This document shows, one piece after another, positions 56,988 through 64,000 of a stretch of 64,000 nt of DNA. How positions within the stretch are numbered: position 1 is the stretch's first letter; every line of letters starts with the position of its first letter. The stretch comes from a virus. Taxonomy: Duplodnaviria > Caudoviricetes. The stretch is taken from IMG/VR virus record IMGVR_UViG_3300029983_000020, positions 2,209-66,208 of that record; one strand, given 5' to 3'. The position numbers were made by a program, and so were the translations under genes. Under the pieces are notes generated by a model, which worked only from the letters and a program-made list of their open reading frames with translations, did not search any database and was not told where the DNA came from.

Positions 56988-58694
56988 ATGGCAGACTGCC
57001 CTGTTAATAAAGATAATCTTTCTGCTGCTAATCCAGCTTTAAGCGCTCCCACATCATCCATAATAAATAATGATGCAAAGGGAATTGCTGGTGGTTTAGG
57101 AAGTGGAGCTTCGTCTTTTTTCGATATTAATAAAATTGTTACTGCTGCACAACAATACACGGCACTTAATGGTCTTGCGAATGAATTATTTGGCTATGGT
57201 GTTAAATGGTTCCGTGCAGTTCCTCAACAACGTTCAAAAGATGTCATATTTCAAGAGTATACATTATCTAATGTAGATGAATGCCCTATTGATATAAAAG
57301 TAATTATTGCTGCTGGCAATATGCCAGATAGTAAATACACATACGATTTAATGGGTCTGGAATATGAAGTCCCTCTAGAATTTCAAATTGACAAATTTTA
57401 CTGGGAAAGTAAAGTTGGATTTGGAACAGCTCCTCAAAAACTTGATGTAGTTTATTTTCCAATTGAAAACAAATTATATGAAGTTGAATCTACTTATTTA
57501 TTTAGAGGATTCATGGGTCAAGAAACTTCATGGAAAATTAACTTGAAAAAATACCAACCAAAATCTTCAAGAAGAGAAAGTGTTGCTTTGCAAGAAACTA
57601 TTGACAATTATACTGTTAGTGTCGAAGAAATTTTTGGAACATCAATTAGCAATGATATAAAGAAACTTGTAGATGATACACAATTTAGTCAATTCAATGG
57701 AACATCAAAGGATAAATTTAAAAAGATAGATACTGAGTTGAAAACTATAACGCAGGAAATTAGCATCTATGGCACTGTTGTTGCTCAATCATTTTATGAT
57801 ATGGCATCTCCGGTTTGGTATGATGCTGTAACATATAATGAAAGTGATCTTATAAATACTACATCTGATAGAAGTTTAACTGCATGGATACAGCCAAGAA
57901 CTCCTGTATCTGCTCCAAAAATATACAATGTTACTTCAATTACTCCTATTTTGTCAATTGACCCGCCTCACGGAAAATCTAATTACTCAATTGTAATTGA
58001 TACTAATCAAGGCTATGATGCCATTGAATTGAATAGTGCAGTCATTATTTCACGTCCAGGTGCTCTTAATTTATACGCAAAAATTATAGAAATTGGAACA
58101 AACCCGCTAATTCTTTATTGCTTAATAAATCCGTTTGTAATTGAAGATTTAAATGCTATTAAAACTGATTGGACTACACAAATTGGCTATAAATTATATG
58201 TCAATGAGCCGATTTCTATTTTAGATGGTATTAATGACTTTGGCGATCACGTACTTTCAGTTAACATATATGCTAATCAATACATTGCCATAAATTACGG
58301 GCACGCTTATTCTAATGATGATGCTTATGTCATTAGAATGGACGATAAAATATTAGACAATGAATGGTATGCATTTGTAATAAATATTGGAAATAGTTGG
58401 AAACAATATAGTGTATATGTTTGGAAAAAACATGAGACTGATAAGAATGAAAAACTACAAAATGTTTATTATGAAACACTTAGAATGTATCCAGAAGATA
58501 TAGCAATTGATAGTTATACGATTAATAAATCTAATGCATATTTAACTAATCTACGATTGTATAACACTACAATCGAAGAAGAAAAACAGGCAAAAGAACT
58601 TCTTTCATACTTTACAAAAGACTCTGATCAAATTATCATTAGTGATAACTGTGATCAAATAATGAAAATTCCGTACATAAACAAATCGAGATAA
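56988..58694 (+). CDS. Head-closure/neck protein (T4 gp14-like N-terminal domain) with C-terminal extension
   Basis: FQIDKFYW....APQKLDVVYFPIENKLYEVE...WKINLKKYQ; position upstream of the terminase as in T4. Confidence 0.6.
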   Translation: MADCPVNKDNLSAANPALSAPTSSIINNDAKGIAGGLGSGASSFFDINKIVTAAQQYTALNGLANELFGYGVKWFRAVPQQRSKDVIFQEYTLSNVDECPIDIKVIIAAGNMPDSKYTYDLMGLEYEVPLEFQIDKFYWESKVGFGTAPQKLDVVYFPIENKLYEVESTYLFRGFMGQETSWKINLKKYQPKSSRRESVALQETIDNYTVSVEEIFGTSISNDIKKLVDDTQFSQFNGTSKDKFKKIDTELKTITQEISIYGTVVAQSFYDMASPVWYDAVTYNESDLINTTSDRSLTAWIQPRTPVSAPKIYNVTSITPILSIDPPHGKSNYSIVIDTNQGYDAIELNSAVIISRPGALNLYAKIIEIGTNPLILYCLINPFVIEDLNAIKTDWTTQIGYKLYVNEPISILDGINDFGDHVLSVNIYANQYIAINYGHAYSNDDAYVIRMDDKILDNEWYAFVINIGNSWKQYSVYVWKKHETDKNEKLQNVYYETLRMYPEDIAIDSYTINKSNAYLTNLRLYNTTIEEEKQAKELLSYFTKDSDQIIISDNCDQIMKIPYINKSR

Positions 58695-58722
58695 CAAGCG
58701 AAAGCTTTTAAAATAACAAATT

Positions 58723-59364
58723 ATGAGTATTAAAAAAGATAGAGATGATCTTGAGAAAATGCTAAAAAATTCTCCTCAAGATATCAATGAAAACGTTCCT
58801 TCTGAAGAACAAATACCCGGATTACAGGGTGAACCTCTTATCGGTGTAAATTTTATAGACCTAAGAGAAGAATGCCAGATAGAAGCGCATAAAATGATAA
58901 CAAATGCTATTGCATTTATGATACCACCAGAAATGATGGAATCAAATGAATACATCAAAGATAAAATCAACATGGATGTCATGTCGTTATCAGGAATGGT
59001 GTATCAACTTCGAACTAACGAAGTAGTTCAAAGAACATTATTAGAGCAAATTAATAAAGGCATGGCTCAACCTCGTATGTTTGAGGTGTTTTCTGGTATG
59101 TCAAAAACTATAAGTGAACTAAATAAACAATTGATACAAACAATCGAGGCATTAAAAGAAACTTATAAAGGATTTAAAAATGATGTTAAAGAAAGACAAA
59201 CAGAAGCATTAGGACCAGCTTCATCAGGACCCACTGGAATGCTCACAACTGGCGATGGAAGTGTTGTAACTCGAGGTACCAAGGAATTAATCAATAACAT
59301 TAAAAAAATAAAAAAGGATCAAGCAATAGATGATGCAAATCTTGTGTCACCTCTTAATATTTAA
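58723..59364 (+). CDS. terS: Terminase small subunit (T4 gp16-like)
   Basis: PRMFEV..MSKTISELNKQLI helix motif; immediately upstream of terL. Confidence 0.7.
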   Translation: MSIKKDRDDLEKMLKNSPQDINENVPSEEQIPGLQGEPLIGVNFIDLREECQIEAHKMITNAIAFMIPPEMMESNEYIKDKINMDVMSLSGMVYQLRTNEVVQRTLLEQINKGMAQPRMFEVFSGMSKTISELNKQLIQTIEALKETYKGFKNDVKERQTEALGPASSGPTGMLTTGDGSVVTRGTKELINNIKKIKKDQAIDDANLVSPLNI

Positions 59365-59366
59365 TC

Positions 59367-59891
59367 ATGGAATCCCCTATAGTCTGGACTAGCATATTAG
59401 TTCAACAATCAATGGACAAGTTAAGAATGGGTATACCCACAAACTTGGCGTGTTTTTGGGGGTCAGATATTGAATTAAAAGCACCAGAGCTTTTAGTTAA
59501 ATTAACACCAGAGGAAATTGATGAGTTTGATAAATGCTCAAATGACATAATATATTTTGTTGAAAAATATTGTCGTTTTCTTACAGATAAAGGAAGACGA
59601 ACAGTTCCTTTGAGATCGTATCAAAAAAGAATTCTCAGAGCATTATCAAAAGAAGAATATAGCGAAACGTTTGAAGATTTAATTCCTTCTATTCGTAATA
59701 TGATCATGATGCAGAGCAGACAAAGTGGAAAATGTTTTTTTGATGGTCTGGTTACATTGCAATGGCCTAATGGAAATATTTATAGAGTCCCAATTAATAT
59801 ATTTTATTATATGAAAAAAGGTAAATTGTCCGTAATTGAAAAAATAAAAGTAAAACTTTATATGTGGAAATATATAATTGAAAAAGAATAA
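59367..59891 (+). CDS. terL: Terminase large subunit N-fragment (aa 1-122) fused to split-intein N-part (52 aa)
   Basis: KCSNDIIYFVEKYC, LRSYQ (adenine-binding) and Walker A SRQSGK, immediately followed by intein-like CFFDGLVTL. Confidence 0.9.
   Translation: MESPIVWTSILVQQSMDKLRMGIPTNLACFWGSDIELKAPELLVKLTPEEIDEFDKCSNDIIYFVEKYCRFLTDKGRRTVPLRSYQKRILRALSKEEYSETFEDLIPSIRNMIMMQSRQSGKCFFDGLVTLQWPNGNIYRVPINIFYYMKKGKLSVIEKIKVKLYMWKYIIEKE
59733..59888 (+). mobile_element. Split intein N-fragment (IntN, Cys1 at 59733)
   Basis: Cys directly after the Walker A GK, with a stop 52 codons later. Confidence 0.85.
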
Positions 59892-59934
59892 AACTTCATA
59901 AGTGTGTATGTATATATACTAAAATACTATCATT

Positions 59935-61935
59935 ATGAAATACACATGTTATACTGTCATAAACCAATCACTCAATGAATCTTATTTGACTGCTGGTCGC
60001 GGCATACTTAATTTAAAAAAGTTTCGCATTCAAAATAAATTACTACTTAATAGATTAAAAGAATGTGCTCATGAAGTGCGTATAATACATGTATGTGATT
60101 CGTTAGATGAAACATTACAGTTTCTTAAAGACAATGAACGAAACTATACCACAGTATTCAGAATTGAGAAAAAAATACCAGTAATTGATAAAAATGGAAA
60201 TTCATTATCAGTATATGCTGATGATGAAAGATTTATTTCGGGTGAGTTTAAATCCATTCATAAAGATTATATCATAGTAAAAGATGCATCAAACAATAAA
60301 TCATGTATATCGAGATATTCCGTTGAATATCTCAGCGGTAAATATGTGGGCATAATGAAAAATACTGTATGTGTAAAAAATTTAGATGGTACTCATAATA
60401 AAATATCAACAAATGACCCTGATTATTTATCGGGGAAATTAAAACACATATCATCTGGAACTGTAGTTGTAAAAGATTCTAATGATGTGAAATTTAGAGT
60501 TGCTAGTACAGATAAACGAATAGGATCCGAATTATTTTATATCAATTCCGGAAAAACATTTTTGCAATCAATAGATTGCAAACGACAACTAAATTTAAAT
60601 GAAAAATATCAAAAAACTTATTCAGATTTTCCTTTTGTTTTTAGATCGCTTAAAAACGATTTTCTTATTAAAGACTATTGTAAGCATGGTGATTTAAAAA
60701 TACAGAAACGTGAATTTAATTTCATATATAAAAACAGTAATATAAAAATATATTGTCCGAATTGCCGTGAAGAATATTTAAATAATTTAGTACAATCTGA
60801 AAATCAACATATAGATAATCGTAAAACATTAGAAACTTTATCCCAAAACGGAACCATAACATCTTATTTTAAAGAACAATTTTTAAAAACATATTATCTA
60901 CAAATTTATTCGTCTATTTTACAATATTCTGCAGATACATTTATCGAGAAATTATTTCAATTTAGAAATAACATAAAAACTTCACCATACTGTCAATTTA
61001 AAGACTGTAAGTGCAAAACTACATTTTCAAAAAGCGCAAAACATTATAATCTTTATTGTGACAAGCATAAATTTACATTTAATACATCTATTAGTGAAAA
61101 TGAATTATTTGATTATATCACATCATTATATAAGGGTACTATTATTCGCAATGATAGAAGTATATTAAGTAGGCGAGAACTAGATATTTTTATACCCGAA
61201 TTGAATATAGCTTTCGAATATAATGGTTTATATAATCACTCTGATATATTTAAAGAAAAAAAATATCATTATAATAAATTTAAAGATTGTAAGAATAAAC
61301 ACATCGATCTCATAACTGTATGGGAGGATGACTGGCATAATAAACGAGATATTGTAAATTCAATTATAAAAAATCGTCTTGGAATAAATAATTTTCGAAT
61401 TGGAGCGCGTAAAACTGAATTACGTGAAGTTGCATTTAATGACGCAAAAGAATTTTTAAACATTAATCATATTCAAGGTAGTTGCGCAGCATCTGTTAGA
61501 TTAGGATTGTATTATGATAACAATCTAATATCATTAATGACATTCGGAAAAAAGAGAATGATAATGAAATATAAATCGTCAAAAGACACATATGAAATGA
61601 TAAGATTTTGTAATAAATTAGGATTTTCTATAAGTGGAGGAGCATCAAAACTTTTTCATTATTTTTTAGCCAATCATAATGTAAAAGAAATAATTTCATA
61701 TTCTGCTTCAGATTATTTCGATGGCAACTTATATTTAAAACTTGGCTTTATACAAAGTAATGATAGCATAGGATACTGGTGGGCAAAGGATGGAATTAAA
61801 TATCATAGAAGTAATTTTATGAAACATTTATTAATAGATAAATCAAAACCTGTTGATAATATAATGAAAGACAATAAATATATGAAGATATATAACTCAG
61901 GTAATATAAAATGGATATATGAAGCAAGGGCTTAA
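59935..61935 (+). CDS. Free-standing homing endonuclease (Vsr/PD-(D/E)XK-like) with N-terminal repeats, Zn-binding motifs and C-terminal GNAT-like domain
   Basis: Four ~32-aa V(K/I)(D/N).....YLSG repeats; CKHG..CPNC; ELDIFIPELNIAFEYNGLYNH...WEDDW; EMIRFC...GGASKLF...ISYS...GNLYLKLGF. Confidence 0.8.
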   Translation: MKYTCYTVINQSLNESYLTAGRGILNLKKFRIQNKLLLNRLKECAHEVRIIHVCDSLDETLQFLKDNERNYTTVFRIEKKIPVIDKNGNSLSVYADDERFISGEFKSIHKDYIIVKDASNNKSCISRYSVEYLSGKYVGIMKNTVCVKNLDGTHNKISTNDPDYLSGKLKHISSGTVVVKDSNDVKFRVASTDKRIGSELFYINSGKTFLQSIDCKRQLNLNEKYQKTYSDFPFVFRSLKNDFLIKDYCKHGDLKIQKREFNFIYKNSNIKIYCPNCREEYLNNLVQSENQHIDNRKTLETLSQNGTITSYFKEQFLKTYYLQIYSSILQYSADTFIEKLFQFRNNIKTSPYCQFKDCKCKTTFSKSAKHYNLYCDKHKFTFNTSISENELFDYITSLYKGTIIRNDRSILSRRELDIFIPELNIAFEYNGLYNHSDIFKEKKYHYNKFKDCKNKHIDLITVWEDDWHNKRDIVNSIIKNRLGINNFRIGARKTELREVAFNDAKEFLNINHIQGSCAASVRLGLYYDNNLISLMTFGKKRMIMKYKSSKDTYEMIRFCNKLGFSISGGASKLFHYFLANHNVKEIISYSASDYFDGNLYLKLGFIQSNDSIGYWWAKDGIKYHRSNFMKHLLIDKSKPVDNIMKDNKYMKIYNSGNIKWIYEARA

Positions 61936-62356
61936 ATATGTTTTACTTTTTTTGATTCAACTTATTGAAAAATGGGAATATAGACATATGTCTCTTGATG
62001 AAAATAACATCCAGAAAAAGATACTTGATACAATTATTTTATCAAATTTTAAAATTGAAACTCCTCAAGGATTTAAGCCTGTTAAAGAAATACACAAAAC
62101 TCAACCATATCATTTATGGAAAATTGTAACACAGAATGGACTTTCATTAGAATGTGCAGACACACATATCTTATTTGATAACATAAATCAACAAATATTT
62201 GTAAAGGATTTAAGAATAGGGCATTACATTCAAACAAAAAGTGGTTTAGATAAAGTATTAAGTATTAAACAGTTACCCTTTAAAGTGTCAATGTTTGATG
62301 TCACAGTTGATAGTCCTGAGCATGAATTTTATAGCAATGATATAGTTTCTCATAAT
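61919..62356 (+). mobile_element. Split intein C-fragment (IntC, 146 aa)
   Basis: IETPQGFKPV, block B LECADTHILF, VKDLRIG, block F MFDVTV, block G FYSNDIVSHN; the +1 residue is Thr. Confidence 0.9.
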
Positions 62357-63943
62357 ACAACTACCATTGCTGCCTACTTTGCATGGTATTTATGTTTTCA
62401 TAATGATAGAAACTTAGCTATATTGGCTAATAAACAAGCGACTGCTTTTGAAATCGTAAATAAAGTTACAGACGTATTTAAAGGACTACCATTCTTTTTA
62501 AAACCAGGCATTGTAAACATAGGATCAGGAGGAATGCGTCTTGATAATGGGTGTTTCTTGACATCTCAAGCTACTACAAAAACTGCTCAAATCGGTTTTA
62601 CTATTCACGTACTTTATGCTGATGAATTTGCTCATATTCAAAAGGGCATTGCAGAAAGTTTCTGGAGATCAGTTTATCCTACACTTGCTTCATCTGAAAT
62701 TTCACAATGTATAATATCTTCAACTCCTAACGGAACAGAAAATGTATTTTTTGATATTTGGGATAAAGCTCAAAGACTTGAAAACTCATTCATGTCAATA
62801 AGAGTTGACTGGTGGGAAGTTCCAGGGCATGATGAAGAGTGGGCAAGGAAAATGAAACGAGATTTCGGCGAAAATAATTTTGCACAGGAATTCGGTCTTG
62901 ATTTTGATAAAACAGGCTCAAATCTTTTACTTGCTGCAAGTGATCTTGCATTTATGAAACGTATTGAAAGAGAATATGAATTTCATGAATTGGGAAATAT
63001 AAAAATTGATGAATTGCTTTACAGAAATTTAAAATGGCATCCAGATTTTGACCCAAATCAAGAATTTTCAAATAAATTACATCGTTTTGTATTCAGCATT
63101 GACACAGGAGAAGGCAAGGATATTGACGAAACAAAAGACAATGATTATAATATTTGTGATATATTTCAGATTGCTCCAAAGAGTATTGCTCAATTAAAAA
63201 AGCTCAGAATGGACGAGTTAACCATCAAGAATATGTTCAAGATAATCCAAATAGGGTTATATAGGGATAATATTAAAGATGAAGAGAATTGTGCTCAGGT
63301 CACACGAGGGCTTGTGTTCGATCAAATAGGAGATGCGCTTTCAAAGGTTCTTATTGAAATGAATTTTAATGGAAAATACTTTTTAGATAAGTTTGCAACT
63401 CATGATAAATTTGAAGAATCTTGTGTATTACACACATATCATACGAAGCCTATCACCGGAGAAAAAGCTCCAAGGAAAAAAGCAGGTTTTAAAGTAGGCT
63501 CTGATAAAGATTTTTTCTGTAAACTTGGAAAACGATTAGTCAATCAGAAAACAATGTTTTTAAATGAAATTGAAACTACCAAAGAATTTAAAGCATTTGG
63601 CAAAGCAAAAAATGGAAAATGGAAAGGGTTGGGAGTTCATGATGATATTGCAATGAGTGCTATTAATGTAAGTAGATTAGTTGAAGAAACTGAATATGAA
63701 GAATGGCTATTTGACTTTTTAGAAGAAATGGAAGATACTCCAGTTAAAAGACTTATTAATCAGCTTCTTGAAAAATTCGAAGAAAATAGCGATTTAGACG
63801 ATGGAGAATTTAATACTATGTATGAAGATGATGTGCCATTTAATTTACAAAATGTGACGCCACTCAATGAACCTCGATATTCACCAAGTTCTACATTTGG
63901 CAAAGGACAAACAAATTACGCAACACCATGGAATAATAGTTAA
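61919..63943 (+). CDS. terL: Split-intein C-part fused to terminase large subunit C-fragment (ATPase remainder + nuclease)
   Basis: After SHN: TTTIAAY, ILANK, Walker B LYADEFAHI, coupling motif IISSTPNG, nuclease IDTGEG..DY and HDDIAMS. Confidence 0.93.
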   Translation: MKQGLKYVLLFLIQLIEKWEYRHMSLDENNIQKKILDTIILSNFKIETPQGFKPVKEIHKTQPYHLWKIVTQNGLSLECADTHILFDNINQQIFVKDLRIGHYIQTKSGLDKVLSIKQLPFKVSMFDVTVDSPEHEFYSNDIVSHNTTTIAAYFAWYLCFHNDRNLAILANKQATAFEIVNKVTDVFKGLPFFLKPGIVNIGSGGMRLDNGCFLTSQATTKTAQIGFTIHVLYADEFAHIQKGIAESFWRSVYPTLASSEISQCIISSTPNGTENVFFDIWDKAQRLENSFMSIRVDWWEVPGHDEEWARKMKRDFGENNFAQEFGLDFDKTGSNLLLAASDLAFMKRIEREYEFHELGNIKIDELLYRNLKWHPDFDPNQEFSNKLHRFVFSIDTGEGKDIDETKDNDYNICDIFQIAPKSIAQLKKLRMDELTIKNMFKIIQIGLYRDNIKDEENCAQVTRGLVFDQIGDALSKVLIEMNFNGKYFLDKFATHDKFEESCVLHTYHTKPITGEKAPRKKAGFKVGSDKDFFCKLGKRLVNQKTMFLNEIETTKEFKAFGKAKNGKWKGLGVHDDIAMSAINVSRLVEETEYEEWLFDFLEEMEDTPVKRLINQLLEKFEENSDLDDGEFNTMYEDDVPFNLQNVTPLNEPRYSPSSTFGKGQTNYATPWNNS

Positions 63944-63961
63944 TTTGTTAGAATTCTTACT

Positions 63962-63976
63962 GAATATATAAATAAA
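63962..63976 (+). promoter_or_regulatory. Putative late promoter GAATATATAAATAAA for the next gene (ATG at 63992)
   Basis: Contains TATAAATA. Confidence 0.55.
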
Positions 63977-64000
63977 GAATCAAATTTCTCAATGAATTTT

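Noticed and set aside
2877-61463. Short antisense or out-of-frame ORFs in the track (e.g. 5072..5431, 6058..6315, 21426..21743, 41367..41699, 43289..43528)
   Set aside because: They are shadows of long genes, with no recognisable motifs or promoters.
59892-61918. Group I intron interrupting terL
   Set aside because: Only 43 nt of non-coding sequence upstream and an overlap downstream leave no visible room for a ribozyme core; intein motifs on both sides explain the split. Not excluded without RT-PCR.
1-64000. Stop-codon reassignment as in some jumbo phages
   Set aside because: Genes are long and tightly packed under the standard code, and both TAG and TGA end genes (1662, 640).
1-64000. tRNA or rRNA genes
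   Set aside because: No cloverleaf or rRNA-like sequence seen in the short intergenic gaps; tRNAscan was not run.

Overview
AT-rich segment of a large T4-like (myoviral, jumbo-type) phage genome in the standard genetic code. The host is most likely a Bacteroidota member: early genes carry TAnnTTTG-type promoters, genes lack Shine-Dalgarno sites, and the phage S1 has a Bacteroidota-like N-terminus. The window is mostly a morphogenesis region. A minus-strand block of tail/structural genes (to ~20.3 kb) ends in a GT4 glycosyltransferase, a RuvC-like resolvase and an HNH endonuclease. A plus-strand block follows with ribosomal protein S1, neck (gp13/gp14-like), baseplate (gp25/gp6/gp7-like), tail fibres and terminase genes, interrupted by a small minus-strand early-gene island that includes a WGR-PARP. 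Highlights: (1) the large terminase is fractured inside its Walker A motif by an atypically split intein whose halves are separated by a free-standing endonuclease gene; (2) a D/N-x-S motif pervades the tail/baseplate proteins and a glycosyltransferase sits in the same late block, a candidate virion-glycosylation system; (3) a 1582-aa polyprotein of 8 modules separated by putative prohead-protease sites; (4) three circularly permuted Fib_succ_major domains used as plug-in modules; (5) phage-encoded S1 and PARP. All family assignments come from motif recognition by eye, not database searches.
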